Virus record (IMG/VR): IMGVR_UViG_3300007539_000009
Location: 119,185 to 183,184 of that record
Origin: a virus
Length of the DNA: 64,000 bases
Reading direction: 5' to 3' (one strand)
This document shows positions 10,879 through 20,092 of the stretch, piece after piece. The first letter of the stretch is position 1, and every line of letters starts with the position of its first letter. Both the position numbers and the translations under genes were made by a program. Below the pieces are notes generated by a model that had not been told where the DNA came from, did not search any database, and saw only the letters and a program-made list of their open reading frames with translations.

Positions 10879-10996
10879 TGAGTAGAACACTTCTCTGCTG
10901 GAGTGCACTCAGCAGCGTCGGGACTGAGTGATATCCTGGTACCGACACAGGAGGCGGCGCGCTCTTACCAGGGAGCTGAACCGTCGCCTCCTCCTC

Positions 10997-11069
10997 GCCG
11001 GCGTAGCTCAATTGGTAGAGCTCCTGACTTGTAATCAGGTGGTTGCAGGTTCAAATCCTGTCGCCGGCT
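10997..11069 (+). tRNA. tRNA-Thr(TGT), CCA not encoded
   Basis: GCCGGCG/CGCCGGC acceptor, CCTGA-CTTGTAA-TCAGG anticodon arm, GGTTCAAATCC T-arm. Confidence 0.95.
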
Positions 11070-11371
11070 CCGTGCACGTGTGCGGTCAGTCCAACTGCGC
11101 ACGCAGCTGTCCTTAGGGGGATGTTCCGGCTTATCCCTTGGGATGATGTTGTTAGCTGTCGGGTCGCCGGAAGACCCGTCCATACTCTTCTGCTCGTGAC
11201 GTATCGACTAGACGGCAGAACGGTCCGGGTGGCGCCGACTAAATTTGCTACCAGCGGGTGTCGATTCCCTGCTGGCGGGAGAATGCGCAGAACTTGTGCT
11301 TGGATCGGGCACAAGGGAGCACTCCCAAGTACGATCCAGGGAGTGGCGGCGCGTCCGTCACTCCTTTTACT

Positions 11372-11448
11372 TCCCCCGTAGCTCAGCTGGTTAGAGCGTC
11401 CGCCTGTTAAGCGGAATGTCGTAGGTTCAAGTCCTACCGGGGGAGCCA
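11372..11448 (+). tRNA. tRNA-Asn(GTT) copy 1
   Basis: TCCCCCG/CGGGGGA acceptor, TCCGC-CTGTTAA-GCGGA anticodon arm, ends GCCA. Confidence 0.95.
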
Positions 11449-11452
11449 CCAC

Positions 11453-11539
11453 GGAGGCGTGGCAGAGCGGCCGAATGCACCGGTTTTGAAAATCGGCGAC
11501 TGTAATGGTCCGGGGGTTCGAATCCCTCCGCCTCCGCCA
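11453..11539 (+). tRNA. tRNA-Ser(TGA)
   Basis: GGAGGCG acceptor, CCGGT-TTTGAAA-ATCGG anticodon arm, long variable arm, ends GCCA. Confidence 0.93.
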
Positions 11540-11603
11540 TCTCTAGGAGTAAACATGGGTGCAAAGGTAGTGCATTTCTGGCTCCCTCGCACCTACCACA
11601 CCC

Positions 11604-11679
11604 GGGCGATTAACTCAGTTGGTAGAGTGCTTCCCTTACAAGGAAGAAGTCGGCGGTTCGAGTCCGCCATCGCCCACCA
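11604..11679 (+). tRNA. tRNA-Val(TAC)
   Basis: GGGCGAT/ATCGCCC acceptor, CTTCC-CTTACAA-GGAAG anticodon arm, ends ACCA. Confidence 0.95.
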
Positions 11680-11874
11680 TGCACCGACACGTTCAACTGG
11701 TAAGCCGCAAGAGCCGGAACGTGTTGCGCAGTAAGGCTCCAGGGTCCTTCGGTACCCGTCATGCCGCCCGGTGCAGGGGCGGTGGAGTCTCCCTCCTTTC
11801 TCTTGCTTCGGCAAGTCGAACGCCGTACAGCCGCTGACCTGTATGTATCTGCGGAAGTCAGCACCCTCATCTCC

Positions 11875-11951
11875 GGGCCGGTAGCTCAGTCGGTTAGAGC
11901 AGGCGACTCATAATCGCTCGGTCCCCAGTTCAAGTCTGGGCCGGCCCACCA
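11875..11951 (+). tRNA. tRNA-Ile2(CAT), lysidine type (Met less likely)
   Basis: GGCGA-CTCATAA-TCGCT anticodon arm and D-arm closely resemble bacterial Ile2 tRNAs; ends ACCA. Confidence 0.85.
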
Positions 11952-11953
11952 CC

Positions 11954-12030
11954 GGGTACATAGCTCAGTCGCATAGAGCGGCTGCCTTCTAAGCAGCATG
12001 TCGCAGGTTCGAGCCCTGCCGCACTCACCA
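11954..12030 (+). tRNA. tRNA-Arg(TCT), atypical acceptor stem
   Basis: GCTGC-CTTCTAA-GCAGC anticodon arm, GGTTCGAGCCC T-arm, ends ACCA; acceptor GGGTACA/CGCACTC has two A.C mismatches. Confidence 0.8.
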
Positions 12031-12031
12031 C

Positions 12032-12108
12032 TCCCCGGCAGCTCAGTTGGTCAGAGCGTCGGATTGTTAATCCGAATGTCGTAGGTTCAAGTCCTACCGG
12101 GGGAGCCA
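12032..12108 (+). tRNA. tRNA-Asn(GTT) copy 2
   Basis: TCGGA-TTGTTAA-TCCGA anticodon arm; 3' ~37 nt identical to copy 1; G.G mismatch in acceptor and C at position 8. Confidence 0.85.
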
Positions 12109-12114
12109 CCCAAC

Positions 12115-12199
12115 GATCCTGTGGCGAAATAGGTAGACGCGGCGGACTTAAAATCCGCAGCCTTCGGGCGTGGGGGTTCGAGTCCCCCCAGGATCACCA
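12115..12199 (+). tRNA. tRNA-Leu(TAA)
   Basis: GATCCTG/CAGGATC acceptor, GCGGA-CTTAAAA-TCCGC anticodon arm, variable arm with TTCG loop, ends ACCA. Confidence 0.95.
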
Positions 12200-12218
12200 C
12201 CAAGGCTTCTTTTTTAGC

Positions 12219-13445
12219 TCACCGAGCCTCACGCCAGGTAATCGACCCCTCGATGTCCTGGTTCGTCCCGAGCGGACGAGCGCACAGCACGATCTCGTCG
12301 GGCGTCCCGTCGATCGCCGAGCCCAACCGGATAGCGCTCTGGAGCACCGCGACAGCACCGGCCGACGCTGACCCACTAGCTCCCGCAATGAACCCTCCGT
12401 CGAGCACCGTGCCCCCCGTGACCGTGTTCGCCGTCGCACCCGTCGCCGTCTGCGCTGCGCTGTTCGCCACATCGCCGTAGGTGAAGGTTCCAGCCACGGT
12501 CGGATTCAGGATCAGGAGCCACTCGAAGTCGCCGCCCGTCTGGTCGATGATCGACGTGCGCGCAAGGTCCACCGTCGAGTCGAGCTGCCCGGACTTCAGC
12601 CGGATGCCGACGATCGCGTACACCGTGTTCGCCGCGTTGGCATCGACGTGCGTACCGCTCGTGCTCGCGTAGTGCAGCGTGCCCGTGTCCTGACGCCCGC
12701 CCTCGCTCACTACGGAGGAGCAGATGTGCTCCAGCGTCGAGGCCGCGCCCGTCCCGTCGTTCTCGATCTCGTAGCGCACCGGCAGGTTCGGCGTGCTCAT
12801 GTAGACCTGCGACAGGTTGTTCGCGTTGTTGACCTGATGAACGTAGTGGATCACGCCATCGATCATGAAGCCGAAGCGGACCGCACCGACGCCGAGCCAC
12901 TCGAAGTCGATGATCAGGATCTGCGCCTTCGTGAAGTCGATCACCATACCGGACGGGCCGGTACCATCCAGCGGGTCGATGTTCCACGACGCCTGCGCGA
13001 CCACCGTATCCACCGCCGAGCCCGACGAGAACGTCCGAACGCCGACGCCGTACGTGCCCTCGGCGTCCTCCAGGAACAGGCCGTTGTCGTCGTCGAAGTA
13101 CCCGACCCGGCGAGTGATGCCGGTCCCGCCGCCCGACTTGTCCAGCACGAACGTCGCGAAGATGAGCTGCGACTTACCAGGCTGGTAGTTGAAGCGAATG
13201 AACGTCTGACGCACGCGCACGCCTGCGGTCGTCGTTCCGACGCCGATGGTCGTGCTCGCCGTGTTCGCTCCGTGCGACGAAGATGTCCCCGACCCGCTCG
13301 TCTCCTGATCGTCCCAGAACAGCGCCTGCGAGTCGTGAATCTGCTTCGAGTCGAAGACCGTGTACGGCTCAGATACTCGAAGCCGGGCGAAAGCGTCTAG
13401 CTGGTCAGAGGTAATGGCAGCTTCAATCGACTTCAGGTATGTCAT
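12219..13445 (-). CDS. Conserved phage virion-associated beta-sandwich protein, 408 aa
   Basis: Motifs RQT..RFNYQPGKSQL, RRVGYFDDDNGLFLE, DPLDGTGPSG..IDFTKAQILIIDFEWLGVGAVRFGF, recalled from a widespread phage structural protein family; ATGA overlap with the upstream gene. Confidence 0.75.
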   Translation of the reverse strand: MTYLKSIEAAITSDQLDAFARLRVSEPYTVFDSKQIHDSQALFWDDQETSGSGTSSSHGANTASTTIGVGTTTAGVRVRQTFIRFNYQPGKSQLIFATFVLDKSGGGTGITRRVGYFDDDNGLFLEDAEGTYGVGVRTFSSGSAVDTVVAQASWNIDPLDGTGPSGMVIDFTKAQILIIDFEWLGVGAVRFGFMIDGVIHYVHQVNNANNLSQVYMSTPNLPVRYEIENDGTGAASTLEHICSSVVSEGGRQDTGTLHYASTSGTHVDANAANTVYAIVGIRLKSGQLDSTVDLARTSIIDQTGGDFEWLLILNPTVAGTFTYGDVANSAAQTATGATANTVTGGTVLDGGFIAGASGSASAGAVAVLQSAIRLGSAIDGTPDEIVLCARPLGTNQDIEGSITWREAR

Positions 13446-14656
13446 TTCACCCACCAGGTGGTCTTGGCCGCGTCGCAGCGGACGGTCAGGTTGTCTCCGC
13501 CTGTAGTCAGCTCAGTCGACGTTACGAAGTCGATCAACTCCGGGCTGGAGTCGACCTGAACTGTGATCGAGTTCCCGCTTTGATCGATCTTCTTGATGTC
13601 TACCACCCAGCCATCCGATGTGGCAGTAGGGGGCAGTGTCACAACCACCGGAGAAGGCGAGGCGTACACGGTGTACATACCAGGCTGGTCAACCGTGAAG
13701 CTGGATGTCCTGTCGTACAGACCACCTACCGCTGATGATGCGAGTAGGCCGAGCGTCACCCACCCGGTGTCTGCAGCGTTGCGCTGACGCAGCTGGCCGG
13801 AAGCAGTGTCTGCCCACAGCACGTACGGTCCCAGCGCGGGCGATGCCGCTGCGATCACGTACGTAGGACTAGTCGGACTTAGCGGTGCTGAGCCAGGCGG
13901 AAGGTCGGGCGACTGCAGGTATGTGGACAGCTGCGCATCAAGCGACGCCTGCGTCACGTACGTACCACCGGGACTAAACCCGATCGGACTCGTGAAGATC
14001 AGCGCAGCTTTCTCAATCGTCAGCAGCGTCTCAGTCCGCACCACGCCAGACAGATCTCTGGAGGTGATAGCCAGGCCCGGCTCGCGGTTCGCGTAATCAA
14101 AGTACGGAGACGGGCCTGGACGGCTGAACAGCTTTGCGTACCCAACCTCTGACGGAGGCCACAGCGCGGCGGTGTCGCTAATGTAGTTGGCCGGGCTTGT
14201 ACCGGGGCTCGCGGTAGTGCGGCCCATAGGCACTTGCAGGTAGTAGGCTTCAATGCCTGCAGGGCCAGTCAGAACTGCGCTGTTCGATACGGGGTCGAAG
14301 CCTTGCGAGCCTCGGCTCTGGCGCAGCGTGAAGTGGCCGTAGTCTTGGTTGAACGGGTTGTCAGGCACCCACCAGATCGAACCAGTGGGCGCCGACGGTC
14401 CGCCCCAGAAGCCTGCGCCGGCTGTGAGATCACCGACACCTTCAGCACCAAACAGAGCAAGTGCGGCGATCGAGGAGCTCGAATCAAAGCGGCCGGGCGT
14501 GCTCGGTGCTTCTGAGGTCCGATCTGTCTCCGTGCCTTCTGTGAACGTCTTCTGCCCAAGCACCACCTGGGCGATGGTCCCTCCCCCAGGTGCTGTTGTT
14601 TTACGCAGCAGAAGCTCGTTTGCTACGTCCGCAACTTGCTTGAGCGTTAACTGCAT
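13442..14656 (-). CDS. Tail-fibre/virion accessory protein, 404 aa
   Basis: S/T/G/P-rich; LWADTASGQLRQRNAADTGWVTLG and C-terminal VTLPPTA..DG.VVDIKKIDQSGNSITV modules typical of tail fibres. Confidence 0.6.
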   Translation of the reverse strand: MQLTLKQVADVANELLLRKTTAPGGGTIAQVVLGQKTFTEGTETDRTSEAPSTPGRFDSSSSIAALALFGAEGVGDLTAGAGFWGGPSAPTGSIWWVPDNPFNQDYGHFTLRQSRGSQGFDPVSNSAVLTGPAGIEAYYLQVPMGRTTASPGTSPANYISDTAALWPPSEVGYAKLFSRPGPSPYFDYANREPGLAITSRDLSGVVRTETLLTIEKAALIFTSPIGFSPGGTYVTQASLDAQLSTYLQSPDLPPGSAPLSPTSPTYVIAAASPALGPYVLWADTASGQLRQRNAADTGWVTLGLLASSAVGGLYDRTSSFTVDQPGMYTVYASPSPVVVTLPPTATSDGWVVDIKKIDQSGNSITVQVDSSPELIDFVTSTELTTGGDNLTVRCDAAKTTWWVK

Positions 14657-15243
14657 CAGGGCTTGGTCAGGCTAGACGGCGAAGCAGCAGTCGGGGCAGT
14701 TTGACCGCTGCCGTTAGGGTTGAGCCACGCAATGGACATCGCGTAGCTACCAGACCCTAGAGCCGACGTGTCGTAGTTCAGCGTGATGTTAGTGCCATCA
14801 TCGCTGAAAGAGTCAGCGTCTTGCGTAGCGACAGTGATGCCATCCTGCACCACTGCGTAGCGCCCGTCTTCTCTGCGAGTGCGGTTCGATTCACGAGGGA
14901 TTGTGAACGTGAACTGGTTCGAGGGAGAGTCGTTGGCAACGCCTACTGTACCCGAAGGTGCGGCCCAAGGAAGCGCAACCCCGGTAGCCAGCGTCTGGAA
15001 CCGGAGCTCCTCGAACTGGCGGCGCGGGTACTTGCTACCGATGTGCTCAACCTGCGAAGAGCGGCGGTTGACGACAACGAGCTGCGCCCGATAGGCGGTC
15101 AACAGCCGATCACGATCGGCCTTGCTGAACTCTCGCAACTCATTCTCGTTCCAGCCGCTAACCCCTCGGGGGCGGCTGTCGCCTGAGTTGTTGCTGGTCC
15201 ATGCGATGTAGTAGGAGTCCGGGATGCTGTACGGTTTGCTCAT
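14656..15243 (-). CDS. Hypothetical virion protein, 195 aa (Ig-like C-terminus suspected)
   Basis: Stop/start coupling on both sides within the structural operon. Confidence 0.6.
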   Translation of the reverse strand: MSKPYSIPDSYYIAWTSNNSGDSRPRGVSGWNENELREFSKADRDRLLTAYRAQLVVVNRRSSQVEHIGSKYPRRQFEELRFQTLATGVALPWAAPSGTVGVANDSPSNQFTFTIPRESNRTRREDGRYAVVQDGITVATQDADSFSDDGTNITLNYDTSALGSGSYAMSIAWLNPNGSGQTAPTAASPSSLTKP

Positions 15244-18200
15244 CAGATTAGGCGAGTTTGGTATCGGATCTGCACTGCGTCAGACGGTGAGGAGCCTGAC
15301 AGGGCGTAGGCCAGGTTCAGGTACGACGGACTAGTGGGCGACATGCTGCGGTGCACTTCGACCGTGCGCGTCGTGTCCGCGAGGTCATAGCTGAAGTAGC
15401 GATCATCGATCGTGAGACCGTTAATCGATACTTCGACTGAGTCGCCGACAAGCACATTGTCGGATCCTGACCCGACTGCAAATGAGTACGTTCCACTGCT
15501 GACTGCAGGAATACCTACTCCAGTGAACAGCTGCTTCTGAGGCGGGTTGAACCCGAGCCCTGACTCAGCAGTAGCAGTGAAGTACGCCGTGTCGTACTTG
15601 AGGCCCCAAGCAGAGTCCGGCGAGCTAGGCGATAGCGCACCGAGCGGGGCCGCGCTAACACCTACGGGCCCTGACTCATCAGTAGCACTGACCAGCCCGA
15701 ATGAGCCGACCGTGATGCCGTCTGCTTCGACGAAGCCAGCAGTGCTGATGGTGAGACCGCTACCCACCTTGACTGCAATGATCTCAGCAGAGAGCGCATC
15801 TGGGCTCCATCCTTTGGCGGTAACAGGTGAGCTCGATAGCTTCCCTGACTGCACCAACGACTTGTACGAGCCAAGGCCAGTAGGCAGGCGGTTAGAGTCA
15901 ACCGGCTCGAGGATCGTCGCGCCAAGTGCCAGATGACGGAGACCAATCGAGTTGATGGTCGGGACGATCCGATGGATGCGATCTTGATCTGCTGACAGCA
16001 GCGTGCCGCCGTTCTGCAGAACCGAGATACCCAGCGCCTCGATCGTGCCTTTGCCTTGGCCGTCCGGTCCGAGGTAGTCCTCGTGCTCGCGACCAAGAGT
16101 GGCAACGCGCCAACCAGGCTCTACTGCGTTCGGCGACAGCAGGTACGCCGACGGGCTGGCGGTGTAGTGCGCCGGAGTCGGACTGATGCCAGCAAACTGC
16201 TCGATGCCCACTGCCTTCAGCAGCGGAGAGCTCGAGCCGGATGCGCGGACGCGGGCAAGGTCGAGCTTGGCGAACCCAACCTGCTCGTCAGCAAGCGTGA
16301 GCTCGTTAGTGACCGCGATCTCGAACTCGGTGCCGACATCCAGGCTCAGCCCCTGAGCTGTTGATGTCAGGCCCGACGGGCTATCCAGCTGAACCTTAGA
16401 CCCGGTGACGGTACCGAGTACCAGCGTGTTGCCAGAGAACGCAAACTCAGGTGAGTTGACGTCCAGTGAGATCGGACTGCCCTTGATGCCAGAAGGCGAA
16501 GCCAGATTGAGGGAGGCAGCGTTCAGTCCACCTGCCGCCACCTGCGTTGATGTAATGCTGTTAGGCAGAATGGCCAGTTGATCAGCAACTACACCGATCG
16601 GCGATGCCACATCGATGATGATGTTGCCACTAGCATTAGCTACAAGCGGCGCTTCCTTGGGCACAGCCGAAGCAGGAACACCAAAGCCGCTGACAAACGC
16701 AGCGCTAGTCAGCGAACCGTCGCGGACGCGGATGCCACCCGTCGAGTCATCAACTTGGATGGTGCCGTCCGAGCTGGGGTTGTGGATGTTGATCGACAAC
16801 CCGCTCGATGTGCGGTTGAGGCCCGAGCCGCTGGCGAGCTTGATACGGATCAGATCTGTGTCGTCGTCCTCGAGCCCTGAATCAGCCGGCAGGCCGAGCT
16901 TGGAGAACGTGATGCTCTGATCGACCAAGGCGTCGGTGTTGATCGACTCCTGGGCAATAGAGATGCCGTCTTCCGTGTGGATCAACGGGCGCGTGGCGTC
17001 ACTGACTGGATTGCCTGTGATCCGGAAGTCGGCGATGTCTCCGGCGAGCTTGACCGTCAGCCCGTCGAACTGCGTATCTAGGAAGTCAACCGTACCGCCG
17101 ATGACCTGATCCGCCAGCAGCTTGACAGCTGTGATCGACCGGTTGCCGTACTTAGTGGTGGTGACCCCACCATCGACAATCTCTAGGTTGCCTCGCTGGT
17201 CGAAGTCGAGGCCCGGGGAGTTGTTAGGCGCTAGAGAGACTTTGAGCGTCTGACCTCCGCTGACTGAAGACGCGAGCGTCAGTCCAGTCATGTCGGCGAT
17301 GGTGTTCGCCCGTATCGTCACCTCACCACCGGTGACGGCCAGGCCCCCGGTTATCGGGAACGACGCAATGCCTGGTGTGTCAGCAGTCGCTTCGTCACCA
17401 AAGGTGTAGCGAATGGCGAACGAGGTGCGCGCTGGCGACGACGGCGACTGCACGTCAAGCAGCCACAGGTCTCCTGTCTCCGCAACAGTGAATAGCGTGT
17501 CGACCGTGGGCGTCTCGTACGACCAGCTCGTGCCGTCCCAGAACGCGAAGGCACAGCTGTTGCCGCTCCAAACACCAGGCGCCGCAGTAGCTGAGTCGAC
17601 TGACGTCAGGTAGTACGTGTTGGCTGTCAATGACGTCGGGAACACACCGTCCGGTACTAGCTGGACCGGCTCGTGCCACTGAATCGTCAGTCCGTACGAT
17701 GCTGCCGAGATCAGAGTGGTAATCTCGTTCTGCGTCAGCAGCGAATCAAGGCCAGCTGCCACGAACGGCGAGCCGCTCATGACGATACGGCTCGTGCCTA
17801 GGTCAATGGCAGGTGCCAGCGCGTCATCAAACGCAATCGTGCCACTGACGTTGGTGCTTGTGCCCCCGAGCGGAACGTAGGTGTCGTCAGTGACCTTGAG
17901 GCCGCTCGCTCCGAGGCTGAGCGAACCGCCGTCCAAGTCCACGGCCACCGCACCTTGCGAGATGCTGAGACCGGACGATGCGTTAGTGAACACCGCACCG
18001 AGCCCAGTACCGTTAGCACGCGGCAGATACGGACTGGTCAGCGGGTTCGGCAGGTTTAGTACACCGCCGGAGTACGCCAACGAGGACCCGACGATGATCG
18101 AGCCGGGTGAGCTCGCAGTGGCCAGAGGCACCTGACCAGGCGACAGCACCTTCGTGTACTCGTAAGCACTGGACAGGCGGAGTTGCGGGCTGCCAGTAGT

Positions 18201-18845
18201 GTCCAGCACCACAGCACCGGAGCCAGCCCCTGCAGCGACGCCCGGCAGCGACAGCACGCCCGAGACACTGACCAGGACCGTAGGGTCGGGGCTCGCTTGC
18301 AGGACGCCGCCCAGCACCGACGCAGACGCCGGGTTGATTTCCAGCGCGCCGCCACCACCTGTCGTGAACGACGTAGACGTGACGAAGTCAACAGCGCCAC
18401 CAATGAGCTGGACAGGCTGGTTTGCCGCAACCGAGACGAACAGCTGGTCGCCCAGGAGGTCAAGGCCGAGCCCGTCGATAGTGACACCACCAACTTGGGT
18501 GTCAGTTGCGACCGGGGGCGTGAAGTAGCCTGAGAACGCGGAGGCTACTAGCGGGTCAGAGCCGTTAGGGCTGTGCGTTGACGCGTGAGGTGCGGGCGAG
18601 AAGTCGCTGACGTTGAGGGTCAGCGCACCTCCAGAAACAGTCAGCCCGAACCCGTAGGACAGGCCGACTACACCTCCCGTGTTGGTGATGGGCGGGCTAA
18701 CTGGTATCGATGTTGAGGGCAGCGTTTCCGTGCCTTCAAACACACCGGACGGCGTGATCCCTAGGCTGGACGCCGCAATCTGCGACAGCCGTGTCTGGCC
18801 TGCACCCGTTACGGGCGTGCCTGTGCAGGGATCAAGCTCTGCCAT
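15243..18845 (-). CDS. Long tail-fibre-like protein, 1200 aa
   Basis: Repeated fibre motifs (ATDTQVGGVTIDG, ASASVLGGVLQ, ATASSPGSIIVG; SITAVKL, SITFSKL, SITSTQV) and G/S-rich composition. Confidence 0.65.
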   Translation of the reverse strand: MAELDPCTGTPVTGAGQTRLSQIAASSLGITPSGVFEGTETLPSTSIPVSPPITNTGGVVGLSYGFGLTVSGGALTLNVSDFSPAPHASTHSPNGSDPLVASAFSGYFTPPVATDTQVGGVTIDGLGLDLLGDQLFVSVAANQPVQLIGGAVDFVTSTSFTTGGGGALEINPASASVLGGVLQASPDPTVLVSVSGVLSLPGVAAGAGSGAVVLDTTGSPQLRLSSAYEYTKVLSPGQVPLATASSPGSIIVGSSLAYSGGVLNLPNPLTSPYLPRANGTGLGAVFTNASSGLSISQGAVAVDLDGGSLSLGASGLKVTDDTYVPLGGTSTNVSGTIAFDDALAPAIDLGTSRIVMSGSPFVAAGLDSLLTQNEITTLISAASYGLTIQWHEPVQLVPDGVFPTSLTANTYYLTSVDSATAAPGVWSGNSCAFAFWDGTSWSYETPTVDTLFTVAETGDLWLLDVQSPSSPARTSFAIRYTFGDEATADTPGIASFPITGGLAVTGGEVTIRANTIADMTGLTLASSVSGGQTLKVSLAPNNSPGLDFDQRGNLEIVDGGVTTTKYGNRSITAVKLLADQVIGGTVDFLDTQFDGLTVKLAGDIADFRITGNPVSDATRPLIHTEDGISIAQESINTDALVDQSITFSKLGLPADSGLEDDDTDLIRIKLASGSGLNRTSSGLSINIHNPSSDGTIQVDDSTGGIRVRDGSLTSAAFVSGFGVPASAVPKEAPLVANASGNIIIDVASPIGVVADQLAILPNSITSTQVAAGGLNAASLNLASPSGIKGSPISLDVNSPEFAFSGNTLVLGTVTGSKVQLDSPSGLTSTAQGLSLDVGTEFEIAVTNELTLADEQVGFAKLDLARVRASGSSSPLLKAVGIEQFAGISPTPAHYTASPSAYLLSPNAVEPGWRVATLGREHEDYLGPDGQGKGTIEALGISVLQNGGTLLSADQDRIHRIVPTINSIGLRHLALGATILEPVDSNRLPTGLGSYKSLVQSGKLSSSPVTAKGWSPDALSAEIIAVKVGSGLTISTAGFVEADGITVGSFGLVSATDESGPVGVSAAPLGALSPSSPDSAWGLKYDTAYFTATAESGLGFNPPQKQLFTGVGIPAVSSGTYSFAVGSGSDNVLVGDSVEVSINGLTIDDRYFSYDLADTTRTVEVHRSMSPTSPSYLNLAYALSGSSPSDAVQIRYQTRLI

Positions 18846-18848
18846 GGA

Positions 18849-19079
18849 TCAACTTTCCGGGGGCTTAGGGGTTCGAGCGCTCATAAGGCCCAAACCGACG
18901 CTGAGGCCGTAAGGCCACTTGTTGCGAACAAGATGTGCCTTAGTTTCTTTGAGAGGTGCAGCTCTGAACGCGGCCAAGCGTCTGCTGACCGCAGGGCCTA
19001 TATTCCTGGCCTGGCTTGTCAAACCTTGCTTGAACGCGCGGAACAGCCCGGCCGCCGCCTCTTTCCTGAAGTCGCTCAT
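18849..19079 (-). CDS. Small basic protein, 76 aa
   Basis: Coupled ORF; N-terminal FRKEA motif and hydrophobic C-terminal segment. Confidence 0.6.
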   Translation of the reverse strand: MSDFRKEAAAGLFRAFKQGLTSQARNIGPAVSRRLAAFRAAPLKETKAHLVRNKWPYGLSVGLGLMSARTPKPPES

Positions 19080-19417
19080 CAGTACGCCCGGTAGTTGCCC
19101 TGCGGATTACCGCTGCCCAGCCCGCGACCAACGGCTGACCCTACGCTCATACCACCAGTGATAATAGCAGCATCTTTCACACTGTCCTTAAGCACCTGCG
19201 CAGTTTCTCTGCCTAAGGTCTTGGCGCCGGCTTTCGTGGTGAAGCGCCGCTTAGCGGCACCTCCAAAGGACTGCAGACCTCTCTTAAAGCCCTTGGTTTT
19301 CATTGCTCTAAGTGCAGCTCCACCTACGCGGAGCAGCCCGGTGAACGCGGGCCACGCAGCGGCTTGAAGCACGCCCAGTTTCTCGAGCTCATCTGCGTAT
19401 GCATCTACTAGTTTCAT
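19079..19417 (-). CDS. Small basic protein, 112 aa
   Basis: Coupled ORF; N-terminal AYADELEKLG motif. Confidence 0.6.
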   Translation of the reverse strand: MKLVDAYADELEKLGVLQAAAWPAFTGLLRVGGAALRAMKTKGFKRGLQSFGGAAKRRFTTKAGAKTLGRETAQVLKDSVKDAAIITGGMSVGSAVGRGLGSGNPQGNYRAY

Positions 19418-19662
19418 ATGGGCACAACTGCTTTCGTGACACCGCTAATCGGAGAGAGGCGCGCTCCCCGTGGTTGCGCAGCGAGCATTCGTCTGCGAGG
19501 ACCGAACGCCATCGTATCGGGACCTACCATCGTCCTCAGATCCCGCACCCTAAGCGGTACCCTCACGGAAAAGCTGGAAGGGAACTTGACCGAGCCCGTA
19601 GCTGCTTTGTCAACCAAACCAGAGGCGTACGCAGTTTTTGTTACGTCAGCTAGTTTGAGCAT
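19414..19662 (-). CDS. Small basic protein, 82 aa
   Basis: Coupled ORF; MLKLADVTKTAY start. Confidence 0.55.
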   Translation of the reverse strand: MLKLADVTKTAYASGLVDKAATGSVKFPSSFSVRVPLRVRDLRTMVGPDTMAFGPRRRMLAAQPRGARLSPISGVTKAVVPI

Positions 19663-20066
19663 CAGGTGGGCACGCTAAATGTGGCGGACTCGCCCGCCTG
19701 GTTAGTTACCTCGACAGTCACGTCCCATCCAGTCTGCGTGCGCTGGGCCCGCACTAGGGTCAGCGACTGGAGGCGATCATTGGCTGTCAAGTTGTCCGCC
19801 AACTGCTGATTGGCAAACACGTGGGCCTGGCCTGCCCGGACAGCGCTGGCAATGTTGCTCGCCACTACTGCGTCCTCGGAAGGCACGGCCTCAAGCATGA
19901 TCGACGCTAGTCCTGCTCCCCGGCTGCGCTCAGGCATTGGATCGGACAGTAGCTCGATCAGTACCTCTTGGACTAACGAGCTGAGTCCGGAGACACGTTT
20001 GGGCGTGTCCCCGGACCCTAGCGTGATCTCGCCACTATCGGCGACGGTGAAGATGCCGTAGTCCAC
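19662..20066 (-). CDS. Baseplate wedge gp25/GPW-like protein
   Basis: RVSGLSSLVQEVLIELLSDP...RGAGL and DRLQSLTL..WDVTVEVTNQAG fit the gp25-like fold; 134 aa. Confidence 0.7.
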   Translation of the reverse strand: MDYGIFTVADSGEITLGSGDTPKRVSGLSSLVQEVLIELLSDPMPERSRGAGLASIMLEAVPSEDAVVASNIASAVRAGQAHVFANQQLADNLTANDRLQSLTLVRAQRTQTGWDVTVEVTNQAGESATFSVPT

Positions 20067-20092
20067 AGACTCGGCCGCTGAGCCTTAGCGGC

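Noticed and set aside
11070-11874. tmRNA, RNase P, SRP or hammerhead assignments for the structured tRNA spacers
   Set aside because: Signature sequences (tmRNA termini and tag, GAGGAAAGTCC, GGAAGGAAGCAG, CTGATGA..GAAA) were not seen; left as unknown ncRNA candidates.
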